Positions 23,226-34,321 of a stretch of 64,000 nucleotides of DNA are shown here, piece by piece. Position numbers and translations under genes: made by a program. A model generated the notes under the pieces. It saw only the letters and a list, made by a program, of their open reading frames with translations, was not told the origin of the DNA and searched no databases. Within the stretch, counting starts at the first letter, position 1, and each line of letters starts with the position of its first letter. This stretch comes from Scyliorhinus canicula (lineage: Eukaryota). The stretch is taken from positions 372,001 to 436,000 of the forward strand of contig NW_024056036.1 of the NCBI RefSeq assembly GCF_902713615.1, read 5' to 3'.

Positions 23226-23519
23226 TCTACAGATATTAGGAAGAACGTCTTCACACACAGAGTGGGAGAGGTTTGGAACTCTCCCCCACAAACAGCAGGT
23301 GAAGCTGGATCAGTTGTTAATTTTAAATCTGAGATAGAGTTTTCTTTAGCAAAGATATTCAGGGATAGGTCACAGATCAGAAATGATCTCACTAAATGGC
23401 AGGACAGACTCGAGGGGCTGAATGGCCTACTCCTGTCCCTATGTGTATTTCTGTGATTCTGAAATTCAGACAACACCATGACACGGAAAGAGTCCTGATT
23501 AGAACCTGAGTTAGTCCGA

Positions 23520-24700
23520 GCTGCAAACCATCCCTCCAGATCCTTGCCCTTCATTGATTTAATGAAGGTCAAGGCAATAGTTGGATTATTGAAAGACTTG
23601 ACGGAGTTGTTGGATACCATTTTTCGGGTCTCAGGATAAAGCCTGACGTAATTCACTCCCCACAGGCTTGAGCTGCCTTTGAACTTCATCGAAGCCTCAA
23701 CGCTTTGTGTTGCTGCCGAAAGTCCTGGAAGAAGTAAATCTTCCCTCTTTCCTGGAGCCAGGTGCCACCTCGCCGCTCCCTCTCCAGGACATTCTCTCAA
23801 GTTGTGGAAGTGAATGATAACAGGCCTGGGATGAAAACTATCCCTCAGCCTCAGAGACAGGATACGATGAACCCTTTCTAATTTGAAACACCCAGGCTTC
23901 ACATCCAGCCTGAGAAAACATGGCAGTCAGTCCTTGAAGAACCGAACGGGAGACTTACTCTGCACACTAAATGGACAAAAAATAACATCATTTATGGGCA
24001 GCATCATAGCACAGTGGTTAGCACAGTCACTTCACAGCTCCAGTGTCCCAGGATCGATTCCCGGCTTGGGTCACTGTCTGTGCGGAGTCTGCACGTTCTC
24101 CCTGTGTTTGTGTGGGTTTACTTCAGGTGCTCCGGTTTCCTCCCACAGTCCAAAGATGTGCAGGTTAGGTGGATTGGCCATGATAAATATCCCTTAATGC
24201 CCAAATAAAAGGTTACGTGGGGTTACGGGGATGGGATGGAGGTATGGGCTTGAGTGGGGTGCTGTTTCCAAGGCGCAGACTTGGTGGCCGAGTGGCCTCC
24301 TTCTGCACTGTAAATTCTATGATGACCATCGGACAGGCCGATGACTCGGATGCTCTTGTCCGACCCTCGGTCCTCCAGGACCTCCGCCAGCCACTTGGCT
24401 GCTTTTCAAAGGATTGAATTCTTGCCACCATTGAGGAGGCATCTTGCTGAATGGTCAGGATTCTCTTCTCCGGATCATCGAGCCTCTTCATGGCGTTTTA
24501 CAGCTGGGCCGCATGAGCACACTCTGGTCAATAACACGGATAATGTCGGCAGTCATCATTTTCGCCACCTCCCAGAGCCCCGGAGAGCGCGGGGTCGAGA
24601 GACCTCCTGATGGTCAGGCCGCCATGTTGAAAAGACAACATTCCCACAGAATCTGCCAGCGCTGTTTTATCGACGCATATCTTCACATTTTCCGGCACAA
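23520..24700 (-). mobile_element. L1 ORF1 relic interrupted by a V-SINE (23995-24325)
   Basis: The minus strand gives a coiled-coil-like segment (KRLDDPEKRILTIQQD), LEDRG..SIRVIGL, PRPVIIHFHN, and GVNYVRLYP...KSFNNPTIALTFI, typical of L1 ORF1p. Confidence 0.7.
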
Positions 24701-25630
24701 TCCTACCAGGCCGAACTCTGAAGTGTTCCAGGGACACGATAACAAATATGAATTCAAGGATTAGGTAGAATAGTGCCAGGCAATCGGGATAAGTGACAGA
24801 TTATAGGTGAGTGGCACCAGAACCTGCTGAAAAGCAGCTACTCCCGCACCCGTATCACATGGCTGACCCCCGCCCCCTCCCCCACAGACAGATTTCTGAT
24901 AGAGGGTGTCGAGTGTTATGGGGAACTGGCAGGAAAATGGAGAGAAAGCTGAGATGAGGAGGGATTTCTTTACTCGAGGATGTGGTGAAGGTTTGGAATT
25001 CTGTACCCCCGAGGATTCTGGAGCTTCAGTCATCAAGTATTTTCAAGACACAGACTGATCGGTTTCTAGATATTGAAGATGTCGAGGGATATGGGGGATA
25101 GTGTGGGAAAACGGTGCTGAGGTAGATCGGCCAAGGATCTCATTGAATAGTTGAGCAGACTCAGTGGGCCGAATGTGGGCCGAATAGCCTAGTCTTGCTC
25201 CTATTATAATCTCTGTGTCCTGGTCAGGAAGCAGAGAGCTGAGCTTGGATCTGTCAATCCACATCAACCAGCACCTTCAGGAGAATTGGGAGGGTGAATA
25301 TTAGATACAGCAGAGTGAGAATGGGGGGAGAGTGTGCGGGATGGAGATTTACAGCCTTTGGAGAACGAGAGAGGAAATTATGTTCCATCGGAACTAGAAT
25401 TGTCTGTCTGAGTTTCTATCCTGTACTAACAATGATGACTTTGGTATATTGTTTTCACAGGATATTAGATGAGGAGGAATTACAGACAGAAATCTCAAAC
25501 GTTACATCATGATCTGACAGAGTCACGCAATTGCTTGGAACCTGAATATCATCGGACTCTGAATATCATCCGCCTTTGAATCTAGAAGAAGAACTGATTG
25601 CCCGAACTGTCAGCTTCTAAACATTTCAAA

Positions 25631-25790
25631 CATCAGTGTGACTGGAAAAGCACCGAGACCCACACAACACACACCCGAGTGAGAGAGTTCCAGTGAACTG
25701 ACTGTGGAAACATCAGTGTGACTGGAAAAGCACCGAGACCCACACAACACACACCTGAGTGAGTGTGTTCCAGTGAACTGACTGTGGAAA
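25631..25790 (+). repeat. 80-bp direct tandem duplication in the ZNF-1 5' region
   Basis: catcagtgtgactggaaaagcaccgagacc...gactgtggaaa starts at both 25631 and 25711. Confidence 0.9.
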
Positions 25791-25907
25791 GAGCTTTAAC
25801 CAGTTACACAGCCTGAAAATAAATCACACCATTCACAGCGGGAAGAGACGGTACCCGTGTTGTATCTGTGATTGCCCAACCTGGAGAGACACGAGGAAAC
25901 CCAAAAC

Positions 25908-26807
25908 ATGGAGAAACCGTGGAAATGTGTGGACTGTGGGAAGGGATTCAGATTCCCATCAAAGCTGGAGACTCATCGACGCAGTCACACTGGGGAGAGA
26001 CCGTTCACATGCTCCCAGTGTGGGAAAGGATTTACTCAATTATCCAACCTGCAGTCACACCAGCGAGTTCACACTGGGGAGAGGCCGTTCACCTGCTCCC
26101 AATGTGGGAAAGGATTCTGTGATTCGTCCCACCTATTGAGACACCAGCGAGTTCACACTGGGGAGAGGCCATTCACCTGCTCCCAGTGTGGGAAAGGATT
26201 TAGTGAAGTATCCGACCTGCAGAAACACCAGCGAGTTCACACTGGGGAGAGGCCATTCACCTGCTCTCAGTGTGGGAAAGGATTTACTCAGTTATCCACC
26301 CTGCAGAGACACCAGCGATTTCACACTGGGGAAAGACCATTCACCTGCTCTCAGTGTGGGAAGGGATTTACTGAGGTATCCGACCTGCAGAAACACCAGC
26401 GAGTTCACACTGGGGAGAGACCGTTCACCTGTTTTCAGTGTGGGAAAGGATTTAGTGAAGTATCTGACCTGCGGAGACACCAACGAGTTCACACTGGGGA
26501 GAGGCCATTCTCCTGCTCTCAGTGTGGAAAGGAATTCATTGATTCATCCACCCTGTGGAGACACCAGCGAGTTCACACTGGGGAGAGGCCGTTCACCTGC
26601 TCTCAGTGTGGGAAGAGATTCACTCAGTTATCCCACCTGTGGAGACACCAGCGAGTTCACACCGGGGAGAGGACATTCATCTGCTCTCAGTGTGGGAGAG
26701 GATTTACTCAGTTATCCAACCTGCGGAGACACCAAGTTCACACTGAAGAGATGCCATTCACATCTCAATGTGAGATGGGATTGCACCTTTCTTTGCACCT
26801 GCTGTGA
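25908..26807 (+). CDS. C2H2 zinc-finger array protein (ZNF-1): 9 intact fingers plus 1 shortened finger
   Basis: Start aacATGg (MEKPWKC); [15 protein letters not shown]...HQRVH repeats; single coding exon. An upstream intron runs from donor gtgaat ~25292 to acceptor tttcacag 25460. No KRAB/SCAN/BTB domain is visible. Confidence 0.88.
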   Translation: MEKPWKCVDCGKGFRFPSKLETHRRSHTGERPFTCSQCGKGFTQLSNLQSHQRVHTGERPFTCSQCGKGFCDSSHLLRHQRVHTGERPFTCSQCGKGFSEVSDLQKHQRVHTGERPFTCSQCGKGFTQLSTLQRHQRFHTGERPFTCSQCGKGFTEVSDLQKHQRVHTGERPFTCFQCGKGFSEVSDLRRHQRVHTGERPFSCSQCGKEFIDSSTLWRHQRVHTGERPFTCSQCGKRFTQLSHLWRHQRVHTGERTFICSQCGRGFTQLSNLRRHQVHTEEMPFTSQCEMGLHLSLHLL

Positions 26808-27274
26808 CACCAACAATTTCACAATTGAATACAGGGGTTGGATTCTGCTGTTATTGTTTCTGCTCTACACCCAGGACTGCATTTTGTTCATTCTGACAGG
26901 TGGTCAGTGGGGATGGTCGGAGGGTTTCTTTCTGCTGGACTGGCCGGTCTCACCACTTTGCCTCCAGTGGGCTGATTCTCTTTGAGCCTTGTTGCTAATA
27001 CCTGGCTTCAAATTGCACAAGGATCACAGAGTAAAAGGGGGTTTGGAAGTGTGAAGATATTTAGTTGCTTTTTCTGTTTGATACCCCCCCAAAGCATGCC
27101 ACGTTGCCATGGAGATGGGCCCTGGTGGTTACATGGTTCTTTTGTTTAATTTATCTGGGTGTTCCTCACAGAAGAAAACTATCAGGGTACGAGGGGCAAG
27201 TTGTCTGAGGTGGACTGGGAAACTGATTGGTACAGGGAATACCTAATAGTTAAGGAATTATTTCATATTTATCA

Positions 27275-27500
27275 GGGGGTTGGTTTGCTCAGTTGGCTGG
27301 ACGACTGGTTTGTGATGCAGAGCGAGGCCAACAGTGAGGATTCAACTCCCGTACTGGCTGAGTTTATTCATGAAGGCCCGGCCTTCTCAACCAGGCCCAT
27401 CGCCTGAGGTGTACTGACCCTCGGGTTAAATCACCTCCAGTCAGCTCTCTCTCTGTCAAAGGGGAGAGCAGCCTATGCTCCTCTAGGATTTTTGCAACCT
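27275..27500 (+). mobile_element. tRNA-derived SINE (family D)
   Basis: ggggttggtttgctcagttggctgg head and body gcctgaggtg...ggttaaatcacctccagtcagctct. Related copies at 54165-54380, 48762-48860 (head) and 21895-21970 (minus). Confidence 0.7.
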
Positions 27501-27586
27501 TTATTCACATAAATACAACTTCAAGCGGCTATTGGATAGGTACATGGATTATGGTAGAATAATGGAGTGTAGATTAATTTGTTCTT

Positions 27587-27890
27587 AAGGGCAGCATGGT
27601 AGCATTGTGGATAGCACAATTGCTTCACAGCTCCAGGGTCCCAGGTTCAATTTCGGCTTAGGTCATTGTGTGGAGTCTGCACATCCTCCCCGTGTGTGCG
27701 TGGGTTTCTTCCGGGTGCTCCAGTTTCCTCCCACAGTCCAAAGATGTGCAGGTTGGGTGGATTGGCCATGATAAATTGCCCTTAGTGTCCAAAATTCTAT
27801 GATCTATGATTAACCTTGGACAGAAGTTCGGCACAACATCGTGGGCCGAAGGGCCTGTTCTGTGCTGTATTTCTCGATGTTCTACGTTCT
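27587..27890 (+). mobile_element. V-SINE (HE1-like)
   Basis: Near-identical layout to the 22935-23225 copy. Confidence 0.85.
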
Positions 27891-27899
27891 AAATATAGA

Positions 27900-28330
27900 T
27901 TCCTTTAAGGAACAAATATCCAACAGGAAAAGTGATGCAACCTTGGTTAACAAGAAAAGTTAAAGATTCCATGAGATCCATTAGAATTCAACAAAGGAGG
28001 ATCAAGAAAATGATGAGAGCAAACTGGCGAGAAAGGAATGTGAAAAGGAAAAGATTAGCAAAGACCAATGTGGGTCCATTCCAGGCAGAGACAGGAAAGT
28101 TTATAATGGAGAGTAAGGAAATGGCAGAGAAACTAAACAATGTGAGTCTGTCTTCACAGAGGAAGATACAGAATTTGTCCCCAAAACACCAGAGAACCAA
28201 GGGACTGGCAGAGATTAGTATTGGTGAAAAAGTAGCACTGGAGAAATTAATGGGGTTGAAAATGAATAAATACCCAAAAGCTGATGATCTACATCCCAGA
28301 GTGTTGAACGAGGTGGGTGTAGAGATCTCT
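27900..28330 (+). mobile_element. CR1 ORF2 fragment
   Basis: KTNVGPFQAETGKFIMESKEMAEKLN...VALEKLMGLK...DDLHPRVL. Confidence 0.75.
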
Positions 28331-29339
28331 ATTCCTCATTCTAAATTCTCCTGACTCTATCTGGAATGGACAAACCTTTGTCTGAGCCAAACGTTTCCTT
28401 TTTATGTAGCCATAGAAGCTTTTACAGTCCATTTTTATGTATTTTTCTAGTTCACATTCTATTCTATTTTTTTCCCTCCGTGTCTTGGTTGAAGAACGGA
28501 AGTAAATCCTCAGGAATTAATCATCACTTTGGGCAGATTCTGAGATAATTAAGTTTTGACTTCCAGGAAAGAGTAAACTGTAATTGTGGAGTGTGAATTT
28601 AGATTGTATAAAGGGCGAAGTTCTATTTTATAGTTTAATGTATAGGTTTCCGAGTTAAAGTAGCTTCCAGTTTGTTTGTTGCATTAAAAGTCCTGTTGTG
28701 TGATCCTTTAATTTGTTGACTGGGAATTTGAATTTTTCTTAGAAGGTGCTGACCTTTACGGAGATCCTAATCCTGATCCTAATAGGAAGTTTTGTCTTCC
28801 TATTTGAGCCTCGGGCACCTTTCTGTCTCTATTGCTCGTGTCACTGACAGCCAGGTGATGGAGCTGAGGGCTAAATTTAGCTGAGAATAACGGGACCTGT
28901 TCCCCAGTTGGGGAACTGCCATGGGCGTCGCTAATAGAGACAGGAAGGTGCTGGGGGACTGACTGGGAACTGGACATTCAACCAATCAGGGTTCAGGGCA
29001 GGGTGGGGGGGGGGGGGGTACCTGGGGCTGACGGTGATGCGACCCCCAGGGTTCAGTGCCCCCGTGTCCAAAGTGGGGAATCATGAGAACAGGGTACAGA
29101 GGAGCTGAAGGGAAACCATTTGGGACCAGAACATTGTGAACATCCTGTTACTCTGATTGTCTTTGATCCTCAAGTAATTTTCTGTTTTTTTTAACCATGT
29201 TGTGTTTCATCAATAAACTTTTAACAGGAAAATATTTGAATTTGTTGGACTTTTCCAGATTAAATTTGTTCACTTTCGGGAAAGTGGGTGAGAGGGGTTG
29301 ACAGGCTCTTTAGCAGAAAGTGAGTCCGTCTGAGGTAAT

Positions 29340-29790
29340 TGGCAAAGGAGCCAGAGGGGTAGAGGAGATTTGATTTTTCTAGGCTCTTGTTATTGTGGAG
29401 GGACACGAAGCCTCCAAGCGTAGTGGCTTGGGTCAACGACATGGTGGGGTGTCTCAGGTTGGAGAAGATAAAGTTTGCCTTGCGAGGGTCCATGCAGGGG
29501 TTCTCCAGGTGGTGGCAACCGTTCCTTGACTTTCTCGCGGATCGTTAGGTGGAGGTCAACAGCAGCAGCAACCCAGGGTGGGGGTGGTTCTGATTTATTT
29601 TCCTTTTTGTAAGGGCCGCATGCCCTATCCTGTTTTGAGTTGGGTGTTAATTTGTTAAACTGTTTATCTTTTAGAGTGTTGAGTTTTGTTTTGTTGGCAT
29701 GTTGCCCTTCTTTCTTTGTATTATTTTCCTTTTTGGAGTGTTTTGTGAACTAATTGAAAAACTTCGAATAAATACATTAAAAAAAAAAGA
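29340..29790 (+). mobile_element. L1 3' end with A-tail
   Basis: Homologous to 19230-19640 (LEKIKFALRGSMQGF...WQPFLDFLADR*); aataaatacattaaaaaaaaaa at ~29767. Confidence 0.8.
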
Positions 29791-29831
29791 AAATGGGGTT
29801 CAGGGAATAAATCGTGATTGACTAATTTAAT

Positions 29832-30015
29832 GAAAATGAAATGAAAATAGCTTATTGTCACAAGTAGGTTTCAAATGAAGTTACTGTGAAAAGTCCCTAG
29901 TCACCACATTCCGGTGCCTGTTCGGGGAGGCTGGTACGGGGATTGAACCATGCTGCTGGCCTGCCTTGCTCTGCTTTCAAAGCCAGCGATTTAGCCCTGT
30001 GCTAAATCAGCCCCT
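29832..30015 (-). mobile_element. SINE family A
   Basis: tgaaaatgaaatgaaaatagcttattgtcacaag...gctaaatcagcccc. Confidence 0.8.
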
Positions 30016-30019
30016 GCTG

Positions 30020-30400
30020 GCTAAATCAGCCAACGTTCTCTGAGGAAGTAACAAGGGATGTCAATAAAGGGGAACCTGTAGATGTGCTTTATCTGGATTT
30101 CCAGAAGGTATTTCCCAAGGTGCCACATCAAAGGTTATTACACAAAATAAGAGCTCATGGTGTGGGAGCAACACATCAGCATGGATAGAGGATTGGTTGG
30201 CGAACAGGAAGCAGCCAGTCGGTATAAATGGGTTATTTCTGGGTGGGTAAGATGTGACAAGTGGAATGTCACCAGGATCAGTGCTGGGCTATCAACCATT
30301 TACAGTCTGTATGAATGTGTTGGATGATGGGATTGAATGTATGACTCAAATATAGGCAGGGAACTAATTTGTGAAGTAGATTTAAGGAGTATGCAAAGGA
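30020..30400 (+). mobile_element. CR1 RT fragment
   Basis: YLDFQKVFPKVPHQRLLHKIRAHGV...WIEDWLANRKQ. Confidence 0.75.
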
Positions 30401-30664
30401 CGACAAATAGAGAATGTGCAAACTGCACAGTCACGCAAGCCGGAATCGCACCCGGATCTCTGGTGCTGTGATGCAGCAGTGCTAACCACTGTGCTACCAT
30501 GCCGCCCCTTCAACTGTCCCTTTACTGTTACTTTTCATTCCAGGTTCTGGGCCAACACCGGGTGTTTGTGAAGCCCCTCAAACCACTCGCCAGTACTATC
30601 GCGTCCTGCTCACCTGCAGTTCTAATTCTGATCTGCCTAGAATTTCACCCCAACAACATCATTC

Positions 30665-30840
30665 CAGTATCGGCACTGCGCATGCTCCAGATCACAATGC
30701 CGAGGGTGTGATTGGCGGCAGCTCCGGAACAATGGGAAGAGGAGGCGGAGCTGGAGGACCGAGCAGGAGTGGCTGGTCCTCCAAGTAATTGGAGTGAATG
30801 AGGGGCGGGACTAGCCCGGATATTCCTCATTGGCCGAAAC
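30665..30840 (+). promoter_or_regulatory. Copy of the duplicated CCAAT/GC-box promoter module
   Basis: tgcgcatgc, atcacaatgcc...gtgattggcggcagctcc, gaggggcggga. Aligns by eye with 32835-32930, 33730-33900 and 54675-54850. Confidence 0.55.
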
Positions 30841-31639
30841 TCTGCATCATTTTGAAAGCTGATTTTTCTCAGACCCCAGGAGAAAACTGGACCTTTCTGT
30901 TTGTGGCTTTAAACAGATGAAACCCTGTGGGTGTGGAGCAAACATTTCAACATTTATTACTGAAATGTGGCAACATGATGAACCAATCCATCAATAATTC
31001 AGGGGCTGATTTAAACAAATAATTATGCTGACAGGGTATGTCACCCTGAGATCGAGGAGTCCCTGGTTTCTGTTGGTGGACAGGCAGAAGGGTGGGACAG
31101 GTTAGGGAGGAGGTTAATACTGTCATAACTCAGAACAACACAGACTACAAAGGAACAATTAAGGAACTTTTCTGACCAATTTAATATTCACATAATATAT
31201 TTGTAGATTAGAGACAGAAGGACAACATTTCTAATAATAATAATCTGTGGTAATCTTTATTGTCACAAGTAGGCTTACATTAACACTGCAATGAAGTTAC
31301 TATGAAAAGTCCCTTGTCGCCACATTCCGGCGCCTGTTTGGGTCACACTGAGGGAGAATTCAGAACGTCTAAGCCACCTTACAGCACGTCATTCAATTTG
31401 CAATCAGTTTGGAGATAACTCTGATATTTTTCCAACCAAAACCACTTTGTCTTGAAAGAAGCCAAATCTTAAAAAGGCAAAGTCTTTAGTTTAAATCATC
31501 ACTGTGTTGTTCAGTGGAAAGGGTTAACTTCTCTGCTCTCACGGTTGTTAGGAACAAACGTTCTCAAATGTGTACAACTGTGTTGACTTTACGTAACTTT
31601 ATTTTCAGATATGAAATGAATCAGCACTATGAGTTAGCC

Positions 31640-31935
31640 CTGTGGCATCACTGCACCAGAGTCCCAGGTTCGATTCCCAGCTTGGGTCACTGTCTGCGTG
31701 GAGTCTGCACGTTCTCCCTGTGTCTGCGTGGGTTTCCTCCGCGTGCTCCAGTTTCCTCCCACAGTCCAAAGATGTGCATGGTTAGGTGGATTGGCCATGC
31801 TAAATTGCCCTTAGAGTTCAAAAAAGATTAGGTTGGGATAGGGTGGAGGTGTGGGGATAGGTGGGGTGCTCTTTCCAGGGGCCGGTGTGGACTTGATGGC
31901 CCAGGTGGCCTCCTTCTGCACTGTAAATTCTATGA
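31640..31935 (+). mobile_element. V-SINE
   Basis: V core and tail ggtggcctccttctgcactgtaaattctatg. Confidence 0.85.
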
Positions 31936-32304
31936 AACACCATTTTAAACTTTGTATTCTCAATTCTTTTGGCAACTTTTTCAGTTTTGCCCAAATTTGT
32001 ATTTTCCCCCCTCTTTCTTCAGGCACTTTTCCAACTGATTCAAATAAAACAAAAAAAAGTAAAACGATCAGCTTTCAGGTTACCCAAAGCTTCAACCTTC
32101 TTAGACCAAACAGGGTTAAAGAGGGTGGAGCTTCCAAAAGCTTGTGAAATCCAATTCACAACGTCCAGGCGGACATTTAACTTCAGAGAATCCAACTTTT
32201 CACTGCCTTTTGCAATTGCACAAATAAATTGCAATTCACTAAGTAATTAGAACATCCCTTTTCTCAGCATCCACTCTTTCGATTAAATACCAATTTTTCG
32301 TTTT

Positions 32305-32650
32305 GGCAGCGCGGTAGTACAGTGGTTAGCACTGTTGCTACGCGGCAGCACCATCCCAGGTTTGATTCCCAGCTTGGGTCACTGTGCAGAGTCGGCACTT
32401 TCTATCCGTGTCTGCGTGGGTTTCCTCCGGATGCTCCAGTTTCCTCCCACAGTCCAAAGATGTGCAGGTTAGGTAGATTGGCCATGCTAAATTGCCCTTA
32501 GTGTCCAAAAAAGGTTTGCTGGGGTTACGAGGATAGGGTGGAGGTGTAGGGATGGGGTGTAGGTATGGACTTAGGTAGGGTACTCATTCCAAGGGCTGGT
32601 GCAGACTCGATGGGCCGAATTGCCTCCTTCTGCATTGTGAATTCAATGAT
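32305..32650 (+). mobile_element. V-SINE
   Basis: ggcagcgcggtagtacagtggttagc head, V core, tail. Confidence 0.85.
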
Positions 32651-33729
32651 TCAGTGTTGCTTGGACACCGGACACAGGACTCAGGTGAATCATTCACCTG
32701 AGTCCTGTATCATTCACCTGAGGAAGGAGCAGTGATCCGAAAGCTAGTGTTTGAAACAAACCTGTTGGACTTTAACCTGGTGCTGTCAGACTTCTTACTG
32801 TGCTCACCCCAGTCCAACGGCAGCATCTCCACATCACAGGATCACAATGCCCGGGGACTGATTGATGGCAGCTTCGGACCAATAGGATGAGGGGGTGGGA
32901 CTGGACAACCAAACAAGAGCGGCTGGTCACAGTAACTTCATTGATGCCTACTCGTGACAATAAGCGATTTTCATTTTCATTTAATTTTTCATGATGCCCT
33001 TTCTGACAGTCTGAATTTTCCTCTCCAGATGTTTTAACATTTGATCTTTTCAATCACAATGTGTCTCAAAGTGAAGATTGAAACTTTGGTTTTAGCTGTC
33101 AGATATATTTCCTGTGTGACTGTATAAATCGAGAACCACTAGAATGATTTCAGTTCCTCTACAGATGCAGCTCAGATACCAGAAATCTCTGGAGTTCCCC
33201 ATGTCCTCATTGCTCTCATCTTGGATAGAACAGTTCTGAATCAGGTGGAGTCAGTCACACGTGTCTCTGTCACAATGTTTCCATTCCTATTTTATCACAC
33301 ACGTCCCAGTGACACGGACTATAACACAGAAACATCAAATTATCTTTGCTGCCTTGCATCTTGCCCTCCTATTATTGTCTAATGATAACAGTGACAGAGG
33401 AACACACACCAGCATTGGAATAACAGGCATTGCCGTCCCAGCCTCCCCAAAAAGGCACCAGAATGTGGCGTCTAGGAGCTTTTCACAGTAACTTCATTTT
33501 TGAAGCCTATTTGTGAAAATAAGAGATTTTCATTTCAGGCAGGCTATTGTCTAATAATAAGTGACAAGAGTTATGATCTGGGACCCTGGATCTAGGAAGC
33601 AACAGTGCTACCCACTGTGCTACCTGCCATCCTAGATTGGCCCAGGTAGGATGATTTTACATCGGGTCGGGGCAGATTCGATGGGCCGAACTGTTATTAT
33701 TGGACAATCAGCGAGTCAGCATTGTGACT

Positions 33730-34135
33730 CTCTCACCATCTGCATCCGTCATAATGGCCAGGTGATTGACGGCGATCCCGGCCAATAGAAAGAGAGGGGC
33801 GGGACTGGCGGTCCAACATACCAACTGGTCCTCCAACCAATCAGAGTGAATAAAAGGCGGGACCCGCTCTAATTGAAGCAGGCGCAGTGTGGATAAAGGT
33901 GGAGGAGGCGAGCAGTGTTTTCAGATCCGAAATCGGTAAGGGGCGTTTAACAATATCGAGGAAGCGGCAGATCGCGCGGGTGGGCGAAAACGTTGTGTAA
34001 AGTTGTTTTTAAGCATAAATCTCGGAAAAGAGTTTCTGGGTCACAGTTTGTACCGAGCTGCAGCTCCTCGTGTTCGGCTTGGGTTCACGGCCGCCATTTT
34101 TACTGGATGTGCATGAGGGCGCATGCGCGTTTCTC
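33730..34135 (+). promoter_or_regulatory. Promoter module with first-exon donor, YY1 and NRF1 sites (paralog of 54675-55090)
   Basis: Two CCAAT boxes each followed by a GC box; donor ccgaaatcg|gtaagg at 33936; CGGCCGCCATTTT at ~34088; GCGCATGCGC at 34119. Confidence 0.6.
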
Positions 34136-34321
34136 ATCTTTGTCGGGGCGATGTTTCAATACCCAGGGTAGAACCTCACAACACTGCGTACACATCGCCC
34201 TCAAATCAGGGAACTGCTGGTAACAAGCGGGGGCAAAGTGCAGCAGGAGGCATAAGCGGTCATCCTGGACCAGGGAGCAGGACTGACTGCAATGGATTTT
34301 GGAAACTCCTTTTACAGGGGA

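Noticed and set aside
23012-23902. 296-aa minus-strand ORF as a gene
   Set aside because: A chance fusion of an L1 ORF1 relic, a CR1 3' end and an antisense SINE.
25765-25800. Selenocysteine reading of the conserved TGA in FQ*TDC (UxxC-like)
   Set aside because: The surrounding frame has other stops or frameshifts in each copy and no SECIS was recognised; a shared ancestral nonsense mutation is simpler.
28560-29230. Possible LTR/ERV fragment or orphan 3' exon with AATAAA at ~29212
   Set aside because: No defined termini, TSD or recognisable coding signal, so it cannot be supported.
33305-33340. RSS-like cccagtg-12-acacagaaa
   Set aside because: The heptamer lacks the essential CAC, the nonamer is poor, and the upstream sequence does not encode an Ig V domain.
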